Shown piece by piece: positions 37,799 to 47,525 of a stretch of 64,000 nt of DNA. How positions within the stretch are numbered: position 1 is the stretch's first letter; each line of letters starts with the position of its first letter. The stretch lies in the NCBI GenBank assembly GCA_963666935.1, contig OY762936.1:861933-925932 (forward strand). Reading direction: 5' to 3'. Source of the DNA: Christensenellaceae bacterium (lineage in GTDB: Bacteria; Bacillota; Clostridia; Christensenellales; CAG-138). The notes under the pieces are model-generated. The model was not told where the DNA came from. It ran no database searches and was given only the letters and a program-made list of their open reading frames with translations. The position numbers and the translations under genes are program-made.

Positions 37799-39163
37799 AT
37801 GGAAGCAAATGAATACGTAAGTGGGTTGATCGCCAAGGGCCGCGTGGCGCAGAAGGCATTCGAATCCATGACGCAGGAGCAGGTCGACGCTATCGTGCGC
37901 GCCATTGCCAAGACGGTGTTTGACAACGCTGAAATGCTGGCCCGCATGGCCGTGGACGAGACCCGCATGGGTGTCTATGAGCACAAGGTCAAAAAGAATC
38001 AGGGAAAGGCCCGCATCATCTGGCACGAGCTCAAGGGCAAGAAGAGCATTGGGATTATTAATGAGTATCCCGAGCTGGGTCTGGTTGAGGTGGCGAAGCC
38101 CATGGGCGTTATCGGCGCCATCACGCCTACCACCAACCCCATCGTTACCCCCATGTGCAACGCTATGTTTGCGCTCAAGGGACACAACGCCATCGTCATC
38201 TGCCCCCATCCCCGCGCCAAGGACTGCAGCACCAAGACCGTTGAGCTGATCAACGAGGCCATTGCCAAGCTGGGCGCTCCCGAAAACCTGATCCAGGTGA
38301 TCGCCGACCCCACTGTGGAACTTTCTGGCCAGGTTATGAAGCAGGCGGACGTTTGCATTTCCACCGGCGGCATGGGCATGATCCGCGCGGCATACTCTTC
38401 CGGAAAGCCCGCCTTTGGCGTAGGCGCCGGCAACGTACAGTGCATGGTGGACGAAGGCGTAAATCTGGAGGAGGCTATCCCCTTGATCATCGCCGGCCGT
38501 GAGTTCGATAACGGCATCATCTGCTCTGGCGAACAGACCGCCATTATGCCCGAGAAGGACTACGACAAGGGCGTTGCCATCTTCCAGAAGAACGGCGCTC
38601 ATTACGTTGATGACCCCAAGGAAATCGACGCGCTGCGCGCCATCCTGTTCCCGGACGGCATCATGAACAAGGACTGCGTTGGCAAGAGCGCCAACCAGAT
38701 CGCTGCGCTGGCCGGCATCAAGGCGCCCGCCGGTACCCGCGTACTGCTGGTGAAGGCCCCTGGTTACGGCAAGGCTGACATGTATGCCAAGGAGAAGATG
38801 TGCCCCGTGATCGCTGCTTATTCCTACAAGACCTGGGAAGAGGCCGTGGCGATTGCCGATGCCAACCTGAACGTAGAGGGTAAAGGCCACAGCGTTTGCA
38901 TCCATTCTAACAATAAGGCAAACGTGGAATATGCTGCGTTGAAGCTGCCCGTTTCCCGCTTCGTGATCAACCAGATCTGCTCCACCAGCAACGGCGGTAG
39001 CTTCTCTAACTCCCTTTCCGCCACCACGACGCTTGGCTGCGGCAGCTGGGGCAACAACTCTATCAGCGAAAACTTGAGCTGGAAGCACCTGTTCAACGTC
39101 AGCCGCATCGCCTATGTGCGTCCCGGCAGCAGAGTGCCTTCTGACGAAGAAATCTGGGGGTAA
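37799..39163 (+). CDS. CoA-acylating aldehyde dehydrogenase, SucD-type (succinate-semialdehyde dehydrogenase, acylating-like)
   Basis: End-to-end resemblance to Clostridium kluyveri SucD: TPTTNPIVTPMCNAM, FDNGIICSGEQ, TTTLGCGSWGNNSISENL, VPSDEEIWG. ATG 37799 follows AGGAGA. Confidence 0.8.
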   Translation: MEANEYVSGLIAKGRVAQKAFESMTQEQVDAIVRAIAKTVFDNAEMLARMAVDETRMGVYEHKVKKNQGKARIIWHELKGKKSIGIINEYPELGLVEVAKPMGVIGAITPTTNPIVTPMCNAMFALKGHNAIVICPHPRAKDCSTKTVELINEAIAKLGAPENLIQVIADPTVELSGQVMKQADVCISTGGMGMIRAAYSSGKPAFGVGAGNVQCMVDEGVNLEEAIPLIIAGREFDNGIICSGEQTAIMPEKDYDKGVAIFQKNGAHYVDDPKEIDALRAILFPDGIMNKDCVGKSANQIAALAGIKAPAGTRVLLVKAPGYGKADMYAKEKMCPVIAAYSYKTWEEAVAIADANLNVEGKGHSVCIHSNNKANVEYAALKLPVSRFVINQICSTSNGGSFSNSLSATTTLGCGSWGNNSISENLSWKHLFNVSRIAYVRPGSRVPSDEEIWG

Positions 39164-39169
39164 TACTGA

Positions 39170-40327
39170 ATGAAATTACTTGAATACAAGGCAAAAGAGC
39201 TGTTCGAAAAATACGGCATTCGCACCATGCGGGGCTGTGTTGTGGACAGCGCCGAGGGGATGGAGAAGGTCATCGCCGATGCGAACCTCTCTTACCCAGT
39301 GGTGATCAAAGCACAGGTGCAGATCGGCGGCCGCGGCAAGGCCGGCGGAATTCAATTCGCCGACAACGCCAAAGAAGCGGAAGCACACTGCCGCCGCCTT
39401 CTGGGCAGCGATTTAAGAGGCCTGACCGTGCGTCAGCTCCTCATTGTGGAAAAAGCTTCCTTTAAAACGGAATGGTACATTTCCATTATGCTGGACAGGC
39501 TCACCAAGTGCCCCATGATTATTTTCTCCGCCAACGGCGGTATGGAAATTGAGCAGACGGCGAAGGAAGCTCCTGAAAAGATTGTGAAGGTGGTCATTGA
39601 CCCCCTGATGGGATTCCGGCCCTACATGGCAGAGTATATGCTCAGCAAGAGCAACCTGCCCCTATCCTATAAAAAGGAGCTCATCAATCTGGTGAGCAAG
39701 CTCTACAAAGCGTTTATGGAGTACCACTGCATGCTATGCGAGATCAATCCGCTGGTGATTGCGGATGACGATACCCTGATCGCGTTGGACGGTAAGGTGG
39801 ACATCGACGACAGCGCACTGTATAAGCTGCCCGACATGATGGCTTTCCGGGAGGAACTTTATGAAGAACCCCTGGTTCGAGAAGCCCGCCACAACGACTT
39901 CCTGTATATCCCCGTGGAAGAGGGCGGCACCGTTGCCGTGACCTCCAACGGCTCCGGCATGCTCATGAGCTGCATCGACCTCATCACCAAAGAGGGTATT
40001 AAAATCGGCGCGGCGCTTGATCTGGGCGGCGGCGCCACCGCGGAACGCATTGAAAAGGCCATCCGCATTCTGTTCTCCACCCCCGGCGTGAAGGCCGTTC
40101 TCATCAACATTTTCGGGGGCATCACCCGCTGTGATGAAGTTGCCGGCGGCGTGAAGCTGGCCATGGAACACGGCTACTGTGAAGGTAAGATCATCGTGGT
40201 TCGCATGGAAGGTACCAACAAGGAAAAGGGTCTGGAAATCATCAACTCCCTAGGTGGAGACATCATCAACGTGCCCGGCCTCAGAGAGAGCGTCAAGGCC
40301 CTGGTGGACAGGAGGGATCGTCTATGA
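39170..40327 (+). CDS. sucC: Succinyl-CoA synthetase (ADP-forming) beta subunit-like
   Basis: ATP-grasp N-terminus MKLLEYKAKELFEKYGI...VIKAQVQIGGRGKAGG. Confidence 0.85.
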   Translation: MKLLEYKAKELFEKYGIRTMRGCVVDSAEGMEKVIADANLSYPVVIKAQVQIGGRGKAGGIQFADNAKEAEAHCRRLLGSDLRGLTVRQLLIVEKASFKTEWYISIMLDRLTKCPMIIFSANGGMEIEQTAKEAPEKIVKVVIDPLMGFRPYMAEYMLSKSNLPLSYKKELINLVSKLYKAFMEYHCMLCEINPLVIADDDTLIALDGKVDIDDSALYKLPDMMAFREELYEEPLVREARHNDFLYIPVEEGGTVAVTSNGSGMLMSCIDLITKEGIKIGAALDLGGGATAERIEKAIRILFSTPGVKAVLINIFGGITRCDEVAGGVKLAMEHGYCEGKIIVVRMEGTNKEKGLEIINSLGGDIINVPGLRESVKALVDRRDRL

Positions 40328-41208
40328 GCATCATTATCGACCAGAACACCAAGCTCATCGTGCAGGGCATTACCGGCCGCGAGGGCACGTTCCACACGGA
40401 GCAGATGCTGGCCTACGGTACCAAAGTTGTGGGCGGCGTAACCCCCGGTAAAGGTGGCCAGAAAGTGCTGGGCGTGCCGGTATTCAACACCGTGCGCGAA
40501 GCCGTGGAAGCCACCGGCGCAGACTCCACCGTGGTTTTTGTTCCTGCAAAGTATATGAAGGCTTCTGTTGAAGAAGCGCTGGACGCCGGAGTGAAAAACA
40601 TCTTTACCATTGCCGAGCATGTGCCGGTGCATGAGATGATGATTTGCTACCATCTGGCACACAAAAAGGGTGCGCGGCTGTTTGGGCCCAACTCTTTCGG
40701 CGTGATTTCCCCGGGTAAGACCAAGGCAGGATTTATGGCGCACCGGATATTCTCCCCCGGAAACGTCGGCGTCATGAGCCGCAGCGCCACCAACTGCTAC
40801 GAGACCGTGTTTATGATGACTAGCAACGGCTTCGGCCAGTCCACTTGCGTGGGCGTGGGTGGCGACATGATCCCCGGATCCACATTTGTGGACCTGCTGC
40901 CTGACTTCAACGCAGATCCAGAGACCAAGGCCATTATCATCATCGGCGAAATCGGCGGCAACGAGGAAGAGCTGGCGGCTGCGTACATCAAGGAACACAT
41001 TAAGAAGCCCGTCATTGCTCTTATCGTGGGCAAGAACGCTCCCAAGGGCCGCAGCATGGGCCACGCGGGTGCCATTGTGAGCGCAGACGGTACTGGCAGC
41101 GCGCAGAACAAGGAAAAAGTGCTCAAGGAAGCCGGCGTTATCATCGCCGAGAGCACCCAGCACATTGTCGATATTCTTCAGGATTTGCGCAAAGAGGGAA
41201 AGATCTGA
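40324..41208 (+). CDS. sucD: Succinyl-CoA synthetase alpha subunit-like
   Basis: VQGITGREGTFH, GVTPGKGG and the catalytic-His region MGHAGAIV. The start overlaps the upstream stop. Confidence 0.9.
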   Translation: MSIIIDQNTKLIVQGITGREGTFHTEQMLAYGTKVVGGVTPGKGGQKVLGVPVFNTVREAVEATGADSTVVFVPAKYMKASVEEALDAGVKNIFTIAEHVPVHEMMICYHLAHKKGARLFGPNSFGVISPGKTKAGFMAHRIFSPGNVGVMSRSATNCYETVFMMTSNGFGQSTCVGVGGDMIPGSTFVDLLPDFNADPETKAIIIIGEIGGNEEELAAAYIKEHIKKPVIALIVGKNAPKGRSMGHAGAIVSADGTGSAQNKEKVLKEAGVIIAESTQHIVDILQDLRKEGKI

Positions 41209-41232
41209 TTTAATTCTATAACGAAGTAAGCG

Positions 41233-41267
41233 GCAAAAGGCAGTCAAGAAATTTGTCTGCCTTTTGC
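41233..41267 (+). terminator. Putative terminator hairpin
   Basis: GCAAAAGGCAG / CTGCCTTTTGC stem with a 13-nt loop and a weak U-tract. Confidence 0.5.
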
Positions 41268-41442
41268 TATACAAAGAAAGTTGCCTGCGCTGCAGCTCTT
41301 CGGACAGGGCTGCGGGAGAAAGGAGGGAACAAAAATCAAGCAGGATGCTTGCAGGCATTATCAGGTTTTATGGCGTAATGGACTTTTGTTTTATCAATTT
41401 GTATGATACGAGAGAGTGCCGCTTGTTTTCCCAAAATAGCGC

Positions 41443-41471
41443 TTGACAGGCATCCCCGTACGGGGTATACA
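41443..41471 (+). promoter_or_regulatory. Promoter with a palindromic spacer
   Basis: TTGACA, 17-nt spacer, TATACA. The spacer contains the perfect palindrome CCCCGTACGGGG (41454-41465). Confidence 0.65.
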
Positions 41472-41554
41472 ATAAATTTTGGAGAACCCGTTTCATCTGG
41501 AATCGTTTTAATTGGCATCTGTCAATGTAACAATGAATAAGCAGGAGGTAAAAA

Positions 41555-42742
41555 ATGAAACTGTCCGATTTTTCCTACAACACGCAGGTACTTTACAAGG
41601 GTGACAAGGTAAAGGGCTGCGAGATTCAGCCTGAATCTGCGGCGATTTTCCTGACTTCCGCCTTTGATCTTCCCGGCGATTTGGATGACGTCAACAAAGT
41701 TTACGAATCCAAGGGATATGGATATATTCGCGGACGGAACCCAAACCGCCATATGCTGGCGGACAAGATTACCTTTTTGGAGGGCGGCGAGGACAGCGTG
41801 ATTTGCTCTGCCGGCATGGGGGTCATTATCACGACGCTGTTCACCTTCTTAAAGGGTGGAGATCACATTTTGGCCAGCGACACCCTTTATGGGGAAAGCT
41901 TGGAATTCATCGAGATGCTGGAAGAGTACGGCATCGAGCATACTTTTGTGCGCTTCAGTGACCTTGATGCTATCAAAGCCGCAATCCGGCCCAACACCAA
42001 GATGGTTTATAGCGAGACCATCAGCAACCCCAGCATCGACCTGATGGACGTGGAAGAAGTGGCAAAAGTGGCCCATGCCAACGGCGCGCTGCTGGTTCTG
42101 GATAACACCTTCGGGACTCCTTTCGCCATGAAAGTGCTGGAAATGGGTGCGGATCTGTCGATCAACAGCATGACCAAGTTCATCAACGGCCACAGCGATG
42201 CCCTGCTGGGCTCCGTTACCGGCTCCCATAAGCTCATCGATCAGATTTTGCCCAAGGCGTCGCTTATGGGCACCACCGGCGGCACATTCAGCACTTGGCT
42301 GGTGAACCGCAGCATGCTGACCCTTGAACTGCGCATCAAGCGGCAGATGGAGAACGCCGCCAAGATCGCGGCGGCGCTGGAAAAGAACCCACATGTAAAC
42401 AAAGTGTTTTATCCCACTGCCTCTAATTATGCCAAAAAGGAACTGGTTAAGAAAGTATTTAAGTTCGGTTACTACGGCGCCATGCTCAGCTTCCAGATCA
42501 AGGGCGACCGGCCCGAGGTCAATACCTTTATGAAAAATCTGACGCTGGTGCATTATGCGCCCACCCTCGGTGGCGTAAGAACTACCATGGCGAATCCCTA
42601 TACGTCTTCTCACCGGCATTTACCCCAAGAGATGAAAGATGAGCTGGGCATCACTCCCGGTCTCATTCGCCTCTCTGTGGGCATCGAGGATGCAAACGAT
42701 CTGATTGCAGATCTGAACTATGCCCTCAATGCCATCGGCTGA
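41555..42742 (+). CDS. Cys/Met-metabolism PLP-dependent enzyme (cystathionine gamma-synthase / methionine gamma-lyase family)
   Basis: SMTKFINGHSD (PLP lysine) and the family-wide fold. RBS is AGGAGGT. Confidence 0.85.
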   Translation: MKLSDFSYNTQVLYKGDKVKGCEIQPESAAIFLTSAFDLPGDLDDVNKVYESKGYGYIRGRNPNRHMLADKITFLEGGEDSVICSAGMGVIITTLFTFLKGGDHILASDTLYGESLEFIEMLEEYGIEHTFVRFSDLDAIKAAIRPNTKMVYSETISNPSIDLMDVEEVAKVAHANGALLVLDNTFGTPFAMKVLEMGADLSINSMTKFINGHSDALLGSVTGSHKLIDQILPKASLMGTTGGTFSTWLVNRSMLTLELRIKRQMENAAKIAAALEKNPHVNKVFYPTASNYAKKELVKKVFKFGYYGAMLSFQIKGDRPEVNTFMKNLTLVHYAPTLGGVRTTMANPYTSSHRHLPQEMKDELGITPGLIRLSVGIEDANDLIADLNYALNAIG

Positions 42743-42755
42743 TTAATAACGTAAA

Positions 42756-42787
42756 GGACCGGCAATTTGCCGGTCCTTTTTTTTTTG
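42756..42787 (+). terminator. Rho-independent terminator
   Basis: GGACCGGC-AATTT-GCCGGTCC followed by T10. Confidence 0.9.
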
Positions 42788-42861
42788 AAAAACCGCGATG
42801 CGGACGCGGGGAGGCTCCATGCAATCCACGGGTTGTTTTCCGGCGGCAATCCGCAGCGCGA

Positions 42862-42891
42862 TTGCCGCGGGGGAACCAGGTATGATATAAT
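42862..42891 (+). promoter_or_regulatory. Promoter with extended -10
   Basis: TTGCCG, 18-nt spacer, TGaTATAAT. Confidence 0.6.
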
Positions 42892-42924
42892 GCTTCCATT
42901 ATTCGACATAAAAGGAGACGGCGC

Positions 42925-44502
42925 ATGCGAAAAAAACTGCCTGTTTTTCTGCTTTGTGCGCTGCTTGTCCTCTGTACCGCGGGGAAGGCACTTTGTCTGG
43001 ACCCCCAGGAGGTCTATGCGCAATGCGAGGCGGGGGAGCTATACCGCCTCACGGACGTTTTTCAGGAAGGTTCCTTTTATGGGCCCCAGGATGTGGATAC
43101 GGCGCCCCAGAGCCGGTTGCTCTTTGCGGTGCCCGACGCGGAGGACCTGCTTTACGCAATCATTGAAAACGGCATGGCGGAGCTTGAAACTATGCTGGAT
43201 GTTTTCGCGTTGGAGCTGGATGTGGCGACCTATGACAGCGAAACCGGCCCCATTACGGACGTTTTGACCCGGGTTATCAACAACAATCCCCGGTTTTTTA
43301 TGTATAAGGCGATGTGGCGGCCATACTACGACCCCGAGGATGAGTACATCAGGTACATTGAGCTGTATCAAAACGAGCTGACCATTGACCACGTGGGTGA
43401 CTACGAGACGGAGATCGCGGCGATGATTGAGCGCGCCGCACCGGTCCGCATGCGGGACAGCATGACTGAGGCGGAAATTGCCCTTGCCCTGCACGACGAG
43501 CTTGTGGCCCACGCAGCCTATGATTATGAAGCTTACGCATATGCTGATTCCGGTGCCACCAATTCGGAGGTGGTAAACGCTTTTCCCAACGTGTTTAACG
43601 CCTATGGTGCCATCGTGGACAAAAAGGCGGTATGTCAGGGGTTTTCTTTAGGGTATATGGACATGCTCCAAAGGGTAGGTATCAGCGCCGCCGTGGTGGC
43701 CACTACCACATACGGACATGCATGGAATATCGTTTGTGCGGACGGGAACTGGTATCATGTGGATTTGACATGGGACAACCCGCTGGTGAGCTGCGGAGAA
43801 AGCATTGGCACGGACTGGCTGGGGTATGTGCACCATACATACTTTTTGCTGTCGGATGCGCAAATCAAGACGTATACACACCATTACAGCTGGGATGACC
43901 CCGATTTGACCGCCCCCAGCGCATATGACGGGACGTGTTTTTGGAGCGGGATCAACTCTGCGCTTTGCTATGACGGCGGCCTTTGGTATTACAATACGGG
44001 TGCTTTGGACGCCGCCAACAGAAAAACCACAGGGAATCTCGCTTACAAAACGTCATCCAACGAAAATGCAGGCACGGCGGTAGAGAACGTTTCCTTTGCC
44101 GATCGCTGGGGCGGAAAGCTGATCTACTACAATTATGCCGGCACCGGCCTGTTTGCCTACGACATGGGAATTGGTACTGAACAGAAGCTCATTGACGTTG
44201 CAGCTTCCCACGTGGGCGAGCTGACGGTCAACCGGGACTCGCTCAATTATTGGACCTGTCTACCGGATGGCCTGTACAGCCTTGTGCTCAGCGACCTGCT
44301 GTCCAAGGGAGATGTGGACGCCGACCGGTTTATGGAGGCGGAGGACGCCATGAGAATTTGCGGGCACATCATGGGAAAAAGCCTGCTTACGGATACGCAG
44401 TTTGCCAATGCGGACGTGAACGGCGATTCCGCAGTTACCATTTTGGACATGATTCGGGAGATCCAATACCTTCGGGGCAATATACCGGAATTCCCGGAAT
44501 AG
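42925..44502 (+). CDS. Secreted transglutaminase-like (cysteine protease fold) protein with C-terminal dockerin
   Basis: Signal peptide. Cys-His-Asp core (AVCQGFS...GHAWN...HVDLTWD). Two dockerin Ca-binding repeats, DVDADRFMEAED and DVNGDSAVTILD. Confidence 0.75.
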   Translation: MRKKLPVFLLCALLVLCTAGKALCLDPQEVYAQCEAGELYRLTDVFQEGSFYGPQDVDTAPQSRLLFAVPDAEDLLYAIIENGMAELETMLDVFALELDVATYDSETGPITDVLTRVINNNPRFFMYKAMWRPYYDPEDEYIRYIELYQNELTIDHVGDYETEIAAMIERAAPVRMRDSMTEAEIALALHDELVAHAAYDYEAYAYADSGATNSEVVNAFPNVFNAYGAIVDKKAVCQGFSLGYMDMLQRVGISAAVVATTTYGHAWNIVCADGNWYHVDLTWDNPLVSCGESIGTDWLGYVHHTYFLLSDAQIKTYTHHYSWDDPDLTAPSAYDGTCFWSGINSALCYDGGLWYYNTGALDAANRKTTGNLAYKTSSNENAGTAVENVSFADRWGGKLIYYNYAGTGLFAYDMGIGTEQKLIDVAASHVGELTVNRDSLNYWTCLPDGLYSLVLSDLLSKGDVDADRFMEAEDAMRICGHIMGKSLLTDTQFANADVNGDSAVTILDMIREIQYLRGNIPEFPE

Positions 44503-44510
44503 AGCGCATC

Positions 44511-44716
44511 ATAAATAGTTTGTATCGCCACCTGCGGCGGCGACGAATATTTTTATTATTGGAGGGGGATTTGCCCCCTTGCATCCCTGCGTGAAATTCC
44601 AACCGCGTGTTCAAGAGAAAAAGTTGAACCACTTCACCCTAGGAGAGGGCGTGGGGGAACGTAAGTTCCCACAATTAAAAAATATTCTCGCGGGCTCAAT
44701 TTGAGCCTATACGTTC
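44511..44716 (-). repeat. Structured intergenic repeat element, copy B (inverted relative to copy A)
   Basis: Its reverse complement aligns with 22293-22487 across the same conserved blocks and four hairpins. Confidence 0.75.
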
Positions 44717-44786
44717 AGAATATAAAACCTTATATCTATAGCTGAGGGTTCTTTTAACCTTGGTACAGTAGGGGGGTTCTAAGACA

Positions 44787-44820
44787 ATAAAAGCAGGTTC
44801 TTTGAAGAACCTGCTTTTTA
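44787..44820. terminator. Bidirectional terminator 3' of ilvD
   Basis: AGCAGGTTC-TTTGAA-GAACCTGCT flanked by an A-run and a T-run. Confidence 0.85.
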
Positions 44821-44844
44821 TATTGACTTTGAAGATCAAGCAGC

Positions 44845-46503
44845 TTACGGCATAACCGCGCCGGTGTTTGCGCTGCTGACCAGCTTTGCGTAGCGCGCTA
44901 GCCAGCCGGTTGTGATGTTGGGCGCTTTGGGTACATATGCCGCGCGGCGTGCTGCGAATTCCTCATCGGAAACCAGCGCATCCAGCCGATTGTTGGGGAT
45001 ATCTACGCAGATGGTATCGCCCTCGTGCAGCAGACCGATTTCACCGCCCATGGCTGCTTCGGGACACACATGGCCGATGGAAGCGCCGCGGCTGGCACCG
45101 CTAAAACGTCCGTCGGTGATGAGAGCCACATCCTTATCCAGCCGCATGCCGGCCAAGGCAGAGGTGGGGTTAAGCATTTCGCGCATGCCGGGGCCGCCGC
45201 GAGGGCCTTCGTAACGAATGACCACCACGTCGCCTTTGCAGATCCGACCGTTGTAGATGGCGTCGATGGCCTCTTCCTCGTTGTCGAACACCCGGGCTGG
45301 GCCGGTATGGCAAAGCATGGAGGGATCCACGGCGCTGCGCTTTACCGCACAGCCTTCCCGGGCGATATTGCCCCAGAGGATGGCGATGCCGCCAGTTGTG
45401 GAATAAGGCGCGTCGATGGGGCGGATCACGGTTTCATCCAAGATCCGTGCGTCGGCGATGTTTTCACCCATGGTTTTGCCAGTGCTGGTCAAAACACTTG
45501 CGTCGATGCAGCCACCCTTTTGCAGCTGGGCAAGCACGGCCGGTATGCCGCCCGCCCTGTGCAGATCCTGAATGTGCGCGGGACCCGCCGGGGCCAGATG
45601 GCACAAATTTGGTGTTTTGGCGCTGATGGCGTTGATGGTTTCAAGGTCCAGCTCCAAGCCTGCCTCATGGGCGATTGCCAAGAGGTGAAGCACGCTGTTG
45701 GTGCTGCAGCCCAGCGCCATATCGCAGGCTACGGCGTTATGGATTGCCGTGAGCGTGATGATTTTTCGGGCGGTGATGCCTTCCTTCAGCAGGGACATGA
45801 TCTGCATGCCCGCGTGCTTGGCAAGGCGCAGCCGCGCCGCTTCCACGGCGGGAATGGTGCCGTTGCCGGGGAGGGCGATGCCCAGCACCTCGCAAAGGCA
45901 GTTCATGCTATTGGCCGTATACATGCCCGCGCAGGAGCCGCAGCCGGGGCAGGCACTCTGCTCCAAAGCCGTCAGCTCTTCGTCGCCGATGAGGCCGGCC
46001 TTCTTTGCGCCTACTGCCTCAAAGAGCTTGGAGAGGCTGATCTCACAGCCGTCGGAAATGCCTGCCATCATGGGGCCGCCGCTGACTACGATGGCGGGGA
46101 TATTAAGCCGTGCCGCCGCCATGACCATGCCGGGGACGATTTTATCACAGTTGGGTACCAGCACCACCGCATCCAATGCGTGGGCGACGACCATGCTTTC
46201 CACACTGTCTGCGATAAGCTCGCGGCTGGCAAGGGAATACTTCATGCCTACATGCCCCATGGCGATGCCGTCGCAAATGCCGATGGAGGGGATGAGGATG
46301 GGGGTGCCTCCAGCCGTGCGGACGCCCGCCTTTACCGCATCGGCTACTTTGTCCAGATGCATATGACCGGGCACGATTTCGCTGTATGCACTGACTACGC
46401 CTATTAGCGGACGCTCCAGCTCTTCCTGCGTATAGCCCAACGCGTAAAACAGCGACCGGTTTGGTGCGCGCTCTACGCCTTTCTTTACCGAATCACTTCG
46501 CAT
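44845..46503 (-). CDS. ilvD: Dihydroxy-acid dehydratase
   Basis: [17 protein letters not shown] and TDGRFSG motifs. Confidence 0.95.
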   Translation of the reverse strand: MRSDSVKKGVERAPNRSLFYALGYTQEELERPLIGVVSAYSEIVPGHMHLDKVADAVKAGVRTAGGTPILIPSIGICDGIAMGHVGMKYSLASRELIADSVESMVVAHALDAVVLVPNCDKIVPGMVMAAARLNIPAIVVSGGPMMAGISDGCEISLSKLFEAVGAKKAGLIGDEELTALEQSACPGCGSCAGMYTANSMNCLCEVLGIALPGNGTIPAVEAARLRLAKHAGMQIMSLLKEGITARKIITLTAIHNAVACDMALGCSTNSVLHLLAIAHEAGLELDLETINAISAKTPNLCHLAPAGPAHIQDLHRAGGIPAVLAQLQKGGCIDASVLTSTGKTMGENIADARILDETVIRPIDAPYSTTGGIAILWGNIAREGCAVKRSAVDPSMLCHTGPARVFDNEEEAIDAIYNGRICKGDVVVIRYEGPRGGPGMREMLNPTSALAGMRLDKDVALITDGRFSGASRGASIGHVCPEAAMGGEIGLLHEGDTICVDIPNNRLDALVSDEEFAARRAAYVPKAPNITTGWLARYAKLVSSANTGAVMP

Positions 46504-46510
46504 AGCTACC

Positions 46511-47506
46511 TCACTTCTTGAGCCAGCTCATCATGGAGCGCAGCTCCTTGCCCACCTTTTCCAGAGGATGTTCCGCCTCTTTACGGCGGCTTGCAAGGAA
46601 CCGGGCCTGACCGCCCGACTTAAACTCGGTGATGAACTCGCTGGCGAAGGTGCCATCCTGAATCTCGGAAAGAACCTGCTTCATAGCCTTGCGGGATTCT
46701 TCGCCGATAATGCGCTTGCCGGTGCGGTAATCACCGTATTCGGCAGTGTTGGAGACGGAATAGCGCATCATGGCGAAACCGCCGCTGTTGATCAGGTCTA
46801 CGATGAGCTTCACCTCGTGGATGCACTCGAAATATGCCATTTCCGGCTCATACCCGGCTTCCACCAGCGTATCGAAGCCCGCCTTCATCAACTCAGTGAC
46901 GCCGCCGCAAAGTACCGTCTGTTCGCCGAAGAGGTCGGTTTCGGTTTCCTGACGGAATGTGGTTTCCAGAATACCTGCGCGGCCTGCGCCGATGCCGCTG
47001 GCGTATGCCAGAGCATAATCCTTCGCTTTGCCGGAAGCGTCCTGATGTACCGCGATGAGACTGGGAACGCCCTTGCCTTCCTGATACTGGCTACGTACGG
47101 TATGGCCGGGACCCTTGGGGGCCACCATGATGATGTCTACATAGGAGGGGGGCTGGATCTGGCAGAAATGGATGTTGAAGCCGTGTGCAAACATCAGCAC
47201 GTTGCCTTCCTTCAGGTTGGGCGCAACTTCTTTGGCATATAAATCCGCTGCAGTTTCGTCCGGAACCAGCATCATGACCAGATCACCGGCCGCCGCCGCT
47301 TCGGGAACCGTCATGACATTAAGACCTGCCGCTGTCGCTTCCGCCCAGCGGGCGGAATCACGACGAAGCCCCACGACCACGTTGATGCCGCTTTCGTGAA
47401 GGTTCAGCGCGTGTGCATGGCCTTGGCTGCCGTAGCCGATGACCGCTACGGTCTTATTGTCCAGCACTGCGAGATTGCAATCTTTGTCATAGTACTTTTT
47501 GATCAT
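46511..47506 (-). CDS. ilvC: Ketol-acid reductoisomerase
   Basis: [12 protein letters not shown]...[18 protein letters not shown] 47506 follows GGAGGAAC. The ORF-track N-terminal extension is rejected. Confidence 0.95.
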   Translation of the reverse strand: MIKKYYDKDCNLAVLDNKTVAVIGYGSQGHAHALNLHESGINVVVGLRRDSARWAEATAAGLNVMTVPEAAAAGDLVMMLVPDETAADLYAKEVAPNLKEGNVLMFAHGFNIHFCQIQPPSYVDIIMVAPKGPGHTVRSQYQEGKGVPSLIAVHQDASGKAKDYALAYASGIGAGRAGILETTFRQETETDLFGEQTVLCGGVTELMKAGFDTLVEAGYEPEMAYFECIHEVKLIVDLINSGGFAMMRYSVSNTAEYGDYRTGKRIIGEESRKAMKQVLSEIQDGTFASEFITEFKSGGQARFLASRRKEAEHPLEKVGKELRSMMSWLKK

Positions 47507-47525
47507 TGTTTGTTCCTCCGTAAAA

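Noticed and set aside
37772-39088. 438-aa ORF antisense to the acylating aldehyde dehydrogenase. ORFs at 31858-32817, 40174-41358, 45025-46407, 50398-51333, 54310-55455 and 60543-61493 are similar.
   Set aside because: Same reasoning as above. Each lies opposite a well-supported enzyme gene and has a biased Ala/Gly/Arg/His composition with no motifs.
41209-41554. SAM (S-box) or T-box riboswitch upstream of the Cys/Met PLP enzyme.
   Set aside because: No S-box core (for example GAGGGA...GCAACC) or T-box sequence is visible. The promoter at 41443 leaves only about 80 nt of leader, and there is no terminator hairpin before the start codon.
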